The notes under the pieces are model-generated. The model had not been told where the DNA came from and searched no databases. It was given only the letters and a program-made list of their open reading frames with translations. Both the position numbers and the translations under genes were made by a program. This document shows, one piece after another, positions 21,001-30,751 of a stretch of 64,000 nt of DNA. The stretch lies in the NCBI RefSeq assembly GCF_057098645.1, contig NZ_CM169472.1; one strand, 5' to 3'. Position 1 is the first letter of the stretch; every line of letters starts with the position of its first letter.

Positions 21001-21662
21001 GTTCACAGATAAAACACTCTCCAGGAAACCCGGGGCGGTTCAAACTTAGTAAAGCTCATCGGCACAGATGGCTTCATACTTTATACCTACACCCTGCAGG
21101 ACACGGCTACTGCTCGTGCTGTTTTTAATGAATTAGCCAGGCGTCTCAAAAATTTCAATCGTCAGGAGGAGGTCTACACCACCGATTCCCTCACCTTTCG
21201 AATGAAATACATTTACGGTGTTACCCTGTTCGAACATGATAGTAAATCTATCCTTAACCTTTTTGATAAGAAGGGTTATCCAGTATTGAGTGAATCAGGA
21301 GAACCCGGTTCTCTTGATGATATGTATCTTGACATTCAAGCCCGATTACATGGCGGCTACGCCTCAAAAAAGTTTCTTCATTTACATGAACATTGTCTGT
21401 TATCTGCACACGTTACCCCGTCTGTGGAAAAGACGCAACGTGGTATCCTGATTAAAGCAGGCAGGAAACTCGTTTCCTTTATCTATGCAGATAATGAATC
21501 TCGCAAAAATGATATTTTCAAAGCTGTAGTAGACGTCATTAAATCCTGATTCATTATGCCGGGTGCGTATTCCGCTCTATTCGATCACGGATTGGCATCG
21601 AAGTCCGATCAGCGATTCGCATCCATTCGATCAACCGGGAACTTAACTTTTTCTACCGCTTT

Positions 21663-22418
21663 TTAACGCGTTTTTTCGCTGCTTTCCACTACCGGGGGAT
21701 TTTTCCTCAGTGACTCTCCCTGAAGGACCACTCGGTGTGAGTTATGTACCAGTCTGTCCAGGATGGCATCTGCTGTTGTTGGGTTCTCCATCAGACCATG
21801 CCATTTATCTACCGGGAACTGGCTTACCACTATCGTGCTGCTTTGTCCGTAACGATCCTCTATGAGCTCCAGAAGGTCATTACACTGGGCGTTACTTAAC
21901 TGTTCCAGCCCCAGATCGTCCAGGATTAGAACCTGTATTTTTTGCAACTGTTTCAGATATTTCAGCCAGCTGCCATCAACACGTCCCTGAGCCAGTTGTT
22001 CCAGTAATCGCCCGGTTCTACAGTACCGGACGCTGTGTTTCTGTCGACATGCCTGTTCGCCCAGCGCATTGGCTATCCAGCTCTTGCCACATCCTGTCGG
22101 ACCGGTTATCAGCAGGTTTTTCCTGTGGGTTATGTAGTGGCCGTTCAGCAGTTCTCTCATCTGTTCAGCCCGCAGACCTCTTGAGGCCGGATAGCGCAGC
22201 CCTTCCGGTGTTGCCTGGTATTTCAGGCCGGCATTTTTTCTCAACCGTGCCACACGGCTGTTTTCCCTGCTCAGAAGCTCGTCATCAACCAGCAGCGTCA
22301 GCCTTTCCTCGAACGACAGTTCGTCGTAGGTCTGAGGCGTTTCCCGCTGCCGTATCAGGCTCCCGGCCATCGCCGGGAGTTTCAGTTGGGTCAGTTTGTT
22401 TAACAGGTTATCACTCAT
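21663..22418 (-). CDS. istB: IS21-family helper ATPase IstB
   Basis: Walker A GPTGCGKS and Walker B-like ILDDLG motifs; start set at MSDNLLNKL within the longer ORF 21663..22661. Confidence 0.8.
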   Translation of the reverse strand: MSDNLLNKLTQLKLPAMAGSLIRQRETPQTYDELSFEERLTLLVDDELLSRENSRVARLRKNAGLKYQATPEGLRYPASRGLRAEQMRELLNGHYITHRKNLLITGPTGCGKSWIANALGEQACRQKHSVRYCRTGRLLEQLAQGRVDGSWLKYLKQLQKIQVLILDDLGLEQLSNAQCNDLLELIEDRYGQSSTIVVSQFPVDKWHGLMENPTTADAILDRLVHNSHRVVLQGESLRKNPPVVESSEKTR

Positions 22419-22434
22419 ACTGTTGTTCCTTCTG

Positions 22435-23970
22435 TCAGTGGTAGTAGCCCGGACCACGCAGGTTTTCATGCTCTGAAGCATATGCCGGATGTTGTTCGCC
22501 CTGGCGGGATAATGGAAGCTCCAGGTTCTCCCGATGGTGACGCAGCAGATTGTCGATAAAGCGTCTGTCAGGGGCGTTATAGTGCAGGGCAACGTAACAG
22601 GCCTTTTCCAGCCGTTCCGGGCCGTATTTTTTCTGAAGTGCCAGCAGCCCCAGAACTGCACGATAAGCCAGTTCCGGATGGGGTTTTGCCTTCAGCATGG
22701 ATTCAACCACCCGGCCTGTGGACGGGCCCGTACGTTTTCCCTGCTCGATCAGGCGTTCCGGTGTCCATGTCCCGTGCTGCCGGTGGCGCTCTGGCATGTG
22801 AAGCGGATTGGTTGTGTGTTTATATTCATGTGTGCTGCGCGGATGTTGCGCCACACACTGCCCCTTGTGCCAGAGCTGTACCACCGACTGCCCCGCCTTC
22901 AGTGACAGACGCTGACCGACCAGTTCGTGTGGAACGGAGTACCAGTGACGGGCATATTCAACGTGGTAGTCAGGGCCAACCTTCACAGCTTTGTATTCCG
23001 TGTATTCATAAGGTGCCAGAGGCAGCGGAGAGAGTGCTGGCGCATCCAGTATGCGGAAGCGTTCTGCACGGGTTTGATTGCCGTACCCCTTCATTGGCCG
23101 GTTATTCATGTCTGTCAGTAACTCCCTAAGGCGCGCATTCAGCGCCCTGAGCGTGTGGAAGGTTTCATTACGGATGCGGGCAAGAAGCCATCGTTCAACG
23201 ATGAGGACGCCGTTTTCTGCTTTTGGTTTATCTTTAGGTTTGCGTGGTCGGGCCGGGATGATAACCGTGCCATAGTGCTCAGCCAGTGCCTGATAACTGT
23301 CGTTGATGACAGGCTCATATCGATCGGCCTTTTTCACTGCGCTTCTGAGGTTATCGGGGATGAGCAGCTTCGGTACGCCGCCCAGGAAGGTCAGGCAACG
23401 GCTGTGGGCATTTAACCATGACATCATGTCCTGACCTTCGCACGCTTCAACGTAGGTATAGTTGGACGCCCCCATTACGGCCACGAAGATTGCCACGCGG
23501 CGTATCTCACCGGTGTCCGGATTAATAACAGGAACCGTAGGACCACAGAAGTCGATAAAAAGCTTTTCGCCGGCACGATGCTCCTGGCGCATGGAGAGAC
23601 GTCGCGTTTTTTTCCACTCCCGGTAGCAACGGCAGAAGTGCGAGTATCCCATCGCTTTGTTACCCGCCTGTGCCTTGTATTCCATCCACAACAGTTGCCG
23701 CGTCACACCTGGTTTTCTCATTTCCGTATCGAAGTACAACATGTCAGGCATTACAAGCTCTGATGCAAAGGTGTCTTTGGGCGGAAAAATGAGTTTCTCC
23801 AGCGTGTCATGGGATATATCAGCAGGTAATGGCCATGACAGAGAAGAGGCTTTGAAGCGGGCAAGAACCTCAAAAACGGTTGAGGCGCTGATGTGTAACG
23901 TCAGTCCGATACAACGGTTAGTCAGCTTCTTGTCGAACTTGAGCTGAAGGATCTTAAAACAGGTTTCCAT
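22435..23970 (-). CDS. istA: IS21-family transposase IstA
   Basis: Large ORF 22435..24081 with N-terminal HTH and DDE catalytic region; start uncertain (internal Met chosen); overlaps istB start, as typical for IS21. Confidence 0.75.
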   Translation of the reverse strand: METCFKILQLKFDKKLTNRCIGLTLHISASTVFEVLARFKASSLSWPLPADISHDTLEKLIFPPKDTFASELVMPDMLYFDTEMRKPGVTRQLLWMEYKAQAGNKAMGYSHFCRCYREWKKTRRLSMRQEHRAGEKLFIDFCGPTVPVINPDTGEIRRVAIFVAVMGASNYTYVEACEGQDMMSWLNAHSRCLTFLGGVPKLLIPDNLRSAVKKADRYEPVINDSYQALAEHYGTVIIPARPRKPKDKPKAENGVLIVERWLLARIRNETFHTLRALNARLRELLTDMNNRPMKGYGNQTRAERFRILDAPALSPLPLAPYEYTEYKAVKVGPDYHVEYARHWYSVPHELVGQRLSLKAGQSVVQLWHKGQCVAQHPRSTHEYKHTTNPLHMPERHRQHGTWTPERLIEQGKRTGPSTGRVVESMLKAKPHPELAYRAVLGLLALQKKYGPERLEKACYVALHYNAPDRRFIDNLLRHHRENLELPLSRQGEQHPAYASEHENLRGPGYYH

Positions 23971-24594
23971 AGTGCTCCTGGATTTTCTCTTTCTGGACAT
24001 TGACGTCTCCACTGGTTTAAACACGGCAATGGAGACTGTGGTGAAAAGAGTTAATTCCCGGAGTGACTGGCAGGATGCCAATCAATGATCGGAAGCATGC
24101 CAAATCGTGATCGATTGTGATGCCAAACTGTGATCGGAGATGGATGCCAAATCATGATCGATTCGAATGCCAAACTGCGATCGATTCAGATGCCATTTTG
24201 CAGCCGGGGGGGACGAACTCCCGGCATTTTTTCGGAGTTAACTATGAGCAATAATTTGCAGGACATCCTCGCTGCCGCATCGGGGTATCAGTCCGTGACT
24301 TCAGAGCCAGCGCTCAATCTTAAAAGACCTAAAACGCTTGATGATTATCCTGTGATACCACCTGCATCAAAAAAAGTATCTGTTATTTCAAGTGACCTGA
24401 CACTCCATATCGGTTTTGATACCGAATATGTTTTCAATCCTGAAACACAACAGAATGATATTCTGTCATATCAGAGTTATGTTGTCTTACCCGATAATAC
24501 AGGTATATCGAACATTATCTATCCACCTGACTCACAGAAAAAATCCCGGCTGTCTTTTAAGAACTTTCTCTGTCAAACGATTATGGATTTGCCC

Positions 24595-25500
24595 CTATAT
24601 TTCCAGACATCTGTTATCACTTAACCCATTACAAGCCCGCTGCCGCAGATATTCCCGTGGCGAGCGATAACCCAGCGCACTATGCGGATGCCATTCGTTA
24701 TAATGCTCGAACGCCTCTGCAAGGTTCTTTGCTGCCGTTAACCCGTCTGGTTTGGGCATGATACTGATGTAGTCACGCTTTATCGTTTTCACGAAGCTCT
24801 CTGCTATTCCGTTACTCTCCGGACTCCGCACCGCCGTGTTCTTCGGTTCAAGTCCCAACATCCGGGCGAACTGGCGTGTTTCATTAGCCCGGTAGCATGA
24901 ACCATTATCCGTCAGCCACTCCACTGGAGACGACGGAAGATCGTTGCCGAAGCGGCGTTCCACCGCTCCCAGCATGACGTCCTGTACTGTTTCACTGTTG
25001 AAGCCGCCGGTAGTCACCGCCCAGTGCAGTGCCTCACGATCACAGCAGTCCAGCGCGAACGTGACACGCAGTCTCTCTCCGTTATCACAGCAGAACTCGA
25101 ACCCGTCAGAGCACCATCGCTGATTGCTTTCTTTCACGGCCACTCTGCCTGTATGTGCCCGTTTCGATGGCGGTACAGCAGGTTTTCGCTCAAGCAACAG
25201 CGCATTCTGGCGCATGATCCGGTAAACACGTTTGGCATTGATCGCAGGCATACCATCAAGTTCTGCCTGTCTGCGAAGCAGCGCCCATACCCGACGATAA
25301 CCATACGTGGGCAGCTCTCCGATAACATGGTGTATACGGAGAAGCACATCCGTATCATCAGTGTGACGACTGCGGCGGCCATCCATCCAGTCATCGGTTC
25401 GTCTGAGAATGACGTGCAACTGCGCACGCGACACCCGGAGACAACGGCTGACTAAGCTTACTCCCCATCCCCGGGCAATAAGGGCGCGTGCGCTATCCAC
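24595..25500 (-). CDS. insD: IS2 transposase OrfB (InsD)
   Basis: 301-aa [24 protein letters not shown]... with DDE integrase core; overlaps insC as expected for a frameshift-fusion transposase. Confidence 0.85.
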
Positions 25501-25823
25501 TTTTTTGCCCGTCCATATTCAACGGCTTCTTTGAGGAGTTCATTTTCCATCGTTTTCTTGCCGAGCAGGCGCTGGAGTTCTTTAATCTGCTTCATGGCGG
25601 CAGCAAGTTCAGAGGCAGGAACAACCTGTTCTCCGGCGGCCACAGCAGTAAGACTTCCTTCCTGGTATTGCTTACGCCAGAGAAATAACTGGCTGGCTGC
25701 TACACCATGTTGCCGGGCAACGAGGGAGACCGTCATCCCCGGTTCAAAGCTCTGCTGAACAATTGCGATCTTTTCCTGTGTGGTACGCCGTCTGCGTTTC
25801 TCCGGCCCTAAGACATCAATCAT
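25458..25823 (-). CDS. insC: IS2 transposase OrfA (InsC)
   Basis: Starts [26 protein letters not shown]..., the InsC sequence as recalled; taken from the internal Met of ORF 25458..25868. Confidence 0.85.
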
Positions 25824-27974
25824 CTGTTCTCCAATGACTAGTCTAAAAACTAGTATTAAGACTATCACTTATTTAAGTGATACTGGTTGTCTGGAGATTC
25901 AGGGGGCCAGTCTAGATTACACCGCTTCTTGAAACGGGTGTGATTACAAAATGGCCCGGTATTATTAATATATATGCGCATTTCATTCGTGCGGATATCA
26001 CCTCCTTTGCCAATTTCTGGTCAGACTACAAAATTCTTCTGAAAGGAATACGCGGTACTGTCAGCAGCTTCAAAAATCGTTACGGTATCGATTTTGATGA
26101 ACAGCAGGAACGTCGCGTAAAGACTGAACAGATAATGTTTGACAAACGAACTTCCCCTCCGCGTTGCAGTAACGTAGCTTTCATCGATACACTGCTTATC
26201 ACTCCCGGGGGTATGGGTCTGGCTGAATGTGGTGAATTACTGGGTCTTCCCAAACTGACCATTCCTGCACCTTATTCCATAACCAATATGCGTGAATATC
26301 TTCTGGGCGACAGAGCAGGGTTTGAAGCCTATGCTCTGCGGGATGCCGAGATTGCGGTTCGTTATGCTTTACAGGTTCGCAATTTTTGCGCCCGGGAGCT
26401 GATGATTGATCGTGTCCCCGCCACCATCGGGGCGATGGCAGTTTCACGGTTCACCAAAACACTTAAAGAAAACAATATGTCTCCTGAAGTCTGCCTTGGG
26501 ACACACATTAAAACCCGTGAACTCTGGCTCACGGAGAAACAGGCATTCCGGACGATTAAAAACCCCGCCAGTGTTCCTTCAAGAGAGCTGTTTGAAACGT
26601 TCCCGATCAACTGTTACCACGGCGGACGCAATGAGTGTTTTATGATGGGGGTTACACCGTCTGATCACTGGTATGACTACGATCTGGCTGGAGCGTATAC
26701 CACCGGGCTATTAGATATCCTCATACCCGATTACGGAAACATCCGCCTCAGTAAAAATCCGGACGATTACTGTGGGCATGTAATGGGATTTGCGTTTGTC
26801 ACATTTCAGTTCCCGGAATCAGTTCCCTATCCCAGCCTGCCGGTTCGGACCGATCAATATGGGTTATTCTTTCCATTAAGTGGCGAATCATGGGCAACGG
26901 CACCTGAAATCGAACTTGCTCTGTCGCTCGGGGCAGAGATGACGATCCATAATGGGATCATCGTCCCCTGGATCTGTGACACCTCCCCACATAACAGCGA
27001 ATCAACATCGGTGTTTCTTCCCTTTGTTCAACAGGTCCGTGAGAACCGTAATCGCCATATTAAAGGTTCTCTGGAGGAGAAATTCTGGAAAGAAATTGGC
27101 AACTCGCTTTATGGCAAACTTGCTCAGGGCCTTCGCGCCAAAACCGCCTTTGATACTGCCCGTGGATTAAACAGATCCCTCCCACCATCATCGGTTACTC
27201 AGCCATTCTTTGCTGCGCATGTGACGGGATTTATCCGCGCCGTTGTCGGGGAACTCATGAATGCTTTGCCTTCTGATTCATCGGTTGTCAGCGTCACAAC
27301 CGATGGCTTTTTGACAAATTGCCCACTTAACAAGATAAACATGAGCGGTCCACTGTCTTCCCGCTTCCAGTCGCTGTGCGATATTGTTGATCCGGGTTCA
27401 TCAATGTTGACATGTAAGCATGAGGTCAGCCAGCTTATCGCCATGAAAACCCGGGGGCAGTTAACCTATAGAGCTATTCAGGGAAAACCTGTTGTTCATG
27501 CCAGGGCTGGCGTCAAACCTCCTGCCGATATTCCACGCAGTGACTATAACGACTATATGGTAGATCTTTACCTTAATCGTTTACCCGGTCAGACGTTATC
27601 CCGAAGTACGTTGATATCAACGCGTGAGATGTGGCTGTCGGAAAGCGATCTGGTATCCCGGGAACAGGATATCCGTCTTAATCTGGAATTCGATTTCAAA
27701 CGCCAGCCCGTACAGCCCGCCATGAATGAAGGGCATTTACTGATGTCTTCCCGCCCATGGGATAATATGGAAGAGGCTCTGCAGCAACGCTCTCTTTTCG
27801 ACGACTGGCGGCAAACGCATACACTGAAGACCCTGGCTGACTGGGATGACTGGTGTGATTTTCTCTATTGCCGGACGGTGTTTTCTGATATGAAACTAAA
27901 AGTCGGAAGCAAACGTAGTGATGATATTTTAGTCAGACTATTTCTCCGGGCGCTGACTCAGTGCCAATGGGGGC

Positions 27975-28523
27975 TTATGCTGAAAGATAAAAAAAGTTAT
28001 TCCTGTAAAGAGGTTGCTGAATGGCTGACGTCAGAAGGCTATTCAGTAACATGTCAAAAAGCACCTGCTGGATCTCCCGGGCCCGAAGGTCGCAGTAACG
28101 TATCTTCCCCAGACGAGGTTCAATGTATTGCGTGAAACGCTGAACATCCTTATCCCAGGACTTTTTATGGCGTTTGATGAACGGAACATAGGTCTGGTGA
28201 AAAAACTCACTAAGTGTTGGCATCGCACGATAATTATCGCGTTCTGCTTTAGGGTCATTTCCCAGTGCAATCGCCTCCTTGTGACGACGAGCTATCTGAC
28301 GGGCTGTCCCCACATCGATTTCAGGGAATCTGCCAATACTGATACTTTTTTTGGTACCGTGGAATGTGTAGCGCAGGAGGAAACGTTTGTTACCCGTTCG
28401 ACCTGAGAGACATTTGAGGCCTATGACCTCGGTATCTGATACCTCAAGCTCTGTAGATCGGGTATCTGTGTTTGCCGGAAGGGCTTTGATGGATGAATTG
28501 GTGAATCGGAAGGATTTTTGCAT
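27975..28523 (-). pseudogene. Truncated P4-type integrase (N-terminal arm-binding domain only)
   Basis: ORF 27975..28553; MQKSFRFTNSSIKALP...GTARQIARRHKEAIALGNDP resembles the DUF4102 arm-binding N-terminus of P4-family integrases; no catalytic domain; 3' part overlaps the piPolB 3' end on the opposite strand. Confidence 0.5.
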
Positions 28524-28709
28524 ATTTATCCTCATGTATCTGATTGATATCATGAAAATAATATATATCTGAAGGTGTTTTTATTACGGGGCAGGATTGA
28601 AGAATGGAAAAGCTATTAGACGCGTACAAACGGATATTGCAGGAAGTTAACGCCCAGTCATTTAACCTGAATGAGGATAAATACTCAGGCGTCTTTTTAC
28701 CCGTGCCGT

Positions 28710-29766
28710 GGCTTTGTTGAATAAATCGAACTTTTGCTGAGTTGAAGGATCAGATCACGCATCTTCCCGACAACGCAGACCGTTCCGTGGCAAAGCAAAA
28801 GTTCAAAATCACCAACTGGCCCACCTACAATAAAGCCCTCATCAACCGTGGCTCCATAACTTTCTGGCTGGATGATGAAGCTATTCAGGCCTGGTATGAG
28901 TCAGCAACACCTTCTTCACGAGGCAGACCTCAGCGCTATTCTGACCTTGCCATCACGACTGTGCTGGTCATTAAACGCGTATTCAGGCTGACCCTGCGCG
29001 CTGCGCAGGGCTTTATTGATTCCATTTTTTCTCTGATGAACGTTCCGCTACGCTGCCCGGATTACAGCTGTGTCAGCAGGCGGGCAAAGTCGGTTAATGT
29101 CAGTTTCAAAACGCCCACCCGGGGTGAAATCGCACATCTGGTGATTGATTCCACCGGGCTGAAGGTCTTCGGTGAAGGCGAGTGGAAAGTCAAAAAGCAT
29201 GGCCAGGAACGCCGCCGTATCTGGCGTAAGCTGCATCTCGCCGTTGACAGTAAAACACATGAAATCATCTGTGCAGACCTGTCGCTGAACAACGTTACGG
29301 ACTCAGAGGCCTTCCCCGGGTTAATCCGGCAAACCCACCGGAAAATCAGGTCAGCCGCCGCCGATGGCGCTTACGATACCCGGCTATGTCACGATGAACT
29401 GCGGCGTAAGAAAATCAGCGCGCTTATCCCTCCCCGAAAAGGTGCGGGCTACTGGCCCGGTGAATATGCAGACCGTAACCGTGCAGTGGCTAATCAGCGA
29501 ATGACCGGGAGTAATGCGCGGTGGAAATGGACAACAGATTACAACCGTCGCTCGATAGCGGAAACGGCGATGTACCGGGTAAAACAGCTGTTCGGGGGTT
29601 CACTGACGCTGCGTGACTACGATGGTCAGGTTGCGGAGGCTATGGCCCTGGTACGAGCGCTGAACAAAATGACGAAAGCAGGTATGCCTGAAAGCGTGCG
29701 TATTGCCTGAAAACACAACCCGCTACGGGGGAGACTTACCCGAAATCTGATTTATTCAACAAAGCC
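28710..29766 (+). mobile_element. IS5-family (IS903-group) insertion sequence, copy 2
   Basis: Same ends as copy 1 (GGCTTTGTTGAATAAATC inverted repeats), inverted relative to copy 1; flanked by 9-bp target duplication CCGTGCCGT (28701..28709 and 29767..29775). Confidence 0.85.
28742..29710 (+). CDS. IS903-group (IS5 family) transposase
   Basis: 322-aa ORF identical in sequence to the one at 12245..13213. Confidence 0.88.
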   Translation: MKDQITHLPDNADRSVAKQKFKITNWPTYNKALINRGSITFWLDDEAIQAWYESATPSSRGRPQRYSDLAITTVLVIKRVFRLTLRAAQGFIDSIFSLMNVPLRCPDYSCVSRRAKSVNVSFKTPTRGEIAHLVIDSTGLKVFGEGEWKVKKHGQERRRIWRKLHLAVDSKTHEIICADLSLNNVTDSEAFPGLIRQTHRKIRSAAADGAYDTRLCHDELRRKKISALIPPRKGAGYWPGEYADRNRAVANQRMTGSNARWKWTTDYNRRSIAETAMYRVKQLFGGSLTLRDYDGQVAEAMALVRALNKMTKAGMPESVRIA

Positions 29767-30578
29767 CCGTGCCGTTTGAAGAATACTGGCATTCACCGAT
29801 AAAAATCATGCTGGTTGGACGTGAAACCGCAGGCTGGAATACGCTGAATGGTAAGAATACGATATCACGGGTGTTGGGACTTATACCTGACGTCACCATC
29901 GGGCAAGTGGTTGAAGAAGCTGTAGATCGTTACAGGAAACATCTTCCGGTACAAAATTATGGCACCGCCAACCTCAAATCACGTAGCCGCTTCACGCAAT
30001 ATCATTTCAGGCTGGCCCGGGAGCTTAATATTCTTCCCCAGGCAATCGTGTATGCCAATCTACTGGCGTGGGATTACGACGGACTGACCCCTCTCAATCG
30101 CCCTCAAAATGAAGTGCAGGAAGTCATATTAGCCTCGCTGAAGCTACTGGCGGTACAAATTAAACACCTTGAGCCTGATTTCATCATCTTTGCATCTGGA
30201 GCCCGGAGAACAGACTACATCATAAAACAGGTGCTTACTGAGCTAGGCGGCTATGAGACTTCTTCAGTCATTCCGGGGAAGCTGTGGGAGTTCAAAACAG
30301 GTAATACAATCTGTTTCAGAATTGCCCATCCAAGGGCTATGCGCGGACACCAGAAGTACAGAGATGAGGTGATTGCACGAATTAAGCAACTTTGTACTCA
30401 GGGTGGCTAGAGCATTACAGCTTGCTCAGCAGGGCCCCTTCCCGGAAGAGTACCGGAAAACAGGCAAAGCAACCTGGTTCTCTATGCTGGAGGCGACACG
30501 TTCGATTCGGCATTGCCAGGCTGGAGATTGCAGCTCATTGCACCCCGTGAGCACAGGATATGCACAGGACATGAATTT

Positions 30579-30708
30579 CAGGCACAAAAAAACCACCCGG
30601 AGGTGGTTTCACGACACTGCTTATTGCTTTGATTTTATTCTTATCTTTCCCATGGTACCCGGAGCGGGACTTGAACCCGCACAGCGCGAACGCCGAGGGA
30701 TTTTAAAT
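30579..30708. repeat. Right direct repeat (attR): leuZ 3' end plus downstream terminator region
   Basis: 130 bp matching 1986..2115 with one mismatch; overlaps the intact tRNA-Leu 3' 56 nt. Confidence 0.85.
30586..30612 (-). terminator. Rho-independent terminator of the glyW-cysT-leuZ tRNA operon
   Basis: Minus-strand hairpin aaccacc-tccg-ggtggtt followed by a T7 run immediately 3' of leuZ. Confidence 0.7.
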
Positions 30709-30739
30709 CCCTTGTGTCTACCGATTCCACCATCCGGGC
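30653..30739 (-). tRNA. leuZ: tRNA-Leu (anticodon UAA)
   Basis: 87-nt sequence GCCCGGATGGTGGAATCGGTAG...CTCCGGGTACCA on the minus strand; anticodon loop TTTAAAA; long variable arm; encoded CCA. Confidence 0.9.
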
Positions 30740-30751
30740 TCGGGAAGAAAG

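Larger units (their letters stand above)
19733..21042 (+). mobile_element. IS3-family insertion sequence, IS629-like (1310 bp)
   Basis: Terminal inverted repeats TGAACCGCCCCGGG; two overlapping ORFs (orfA/orfB) with an A6 slippery region at the junction; 3-bp target duplication AAC on both sides. Confidence 0.85.
19598..21549 (+). pseudogene. Hypothetical gene (~207 aa when reconstructed) interrupted by IS629-like element
   Basis: Removing 19733..21042 plus one copy of the 3-bp duplication joins MVTKNTENN...AITIMGN to LVKLIGTDG... and on to ORF 21202..21549 in one frame. Confidence 0.5.
21552..24232 (-). mobile_element. IS21-family insertion sequence (istA-istB); ends approximate
   Basis: istA + istB gene pair; multiple short subterminal direct repeats at both ends (24090..24200: tgccaaa..gatcg units; 21580..21650: gatca..gattcgcatc units); terminal ATGCCGGG-containing inverted repeats. 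Confidence 0.65.
24584..25914 (-). mobile_element. IS2 (IS3 family, 1331 bp)
   Basis: insC/insD ORFs; ends TGGATTTGCCCCTAT... and ...GAGATTCAGGGGGCCAGTCTA; 5-bp target duplication GATTA at 24579..24583 and 25915..25919. Confidence 0.9.
24244..28135 (+). pseudogene. Primer-independent family-B DNA polymerase (piPolB), interrupted by IS2
   Basis: N-fragment (MSNNLQ... with Exo I motif FDTEY) and C-fragment (ORF 25940..28135 with PolB motif B KEIGNSLYGKLAQG, motif C VTTDGF, and KTRG) join in frame when IS2 and one GATTA copy are removed. Confidence 0.75.
28604..30410 (+). pseudogene. Uracil-DNA glycosylase superfamily-like protein (~246 aa when reconstructed), interrupted by IS903-group copy 2
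   Basis: ATG at 28604 (MEKLLDAYKRIL...GVFLPVP) joins in frame to ORF 29769..30410 (FEEYWHSPIKIMLVGRETAGW...FRIAHPRAMRGH...) once the IS and one 9-bp duplication are removed; the motifs loosely resemble UDG-family motifs. Confidence 0.45.

Noticed and set aside
22049-23947. Numerous plus-strand ORFs within the IS21-family element (e.g. 22534..22905, 22638..23129)
   Set aside because: They are antisense to istA and istB and are GC-rich-frame artefacts.
24090-24200. Tandem short repeats (tgccaaa...gatcg units) that could be mistaken for a CRISPR array or iterons
   Set aside because: Units are short and irregularly spaced, and sit at the terminus of the IS21-family element, where multiple transposase-binding repeats are characteristic. 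No cas genes or regular repeat-spacer structure.
24130-24243. N-terminal extension of the piPolB fragment ORF from 24130
   Set aside because: The extension translates the IS21-family terminal repeats; the ATG at 24244 with an upstream GGAG is the more plausible start.
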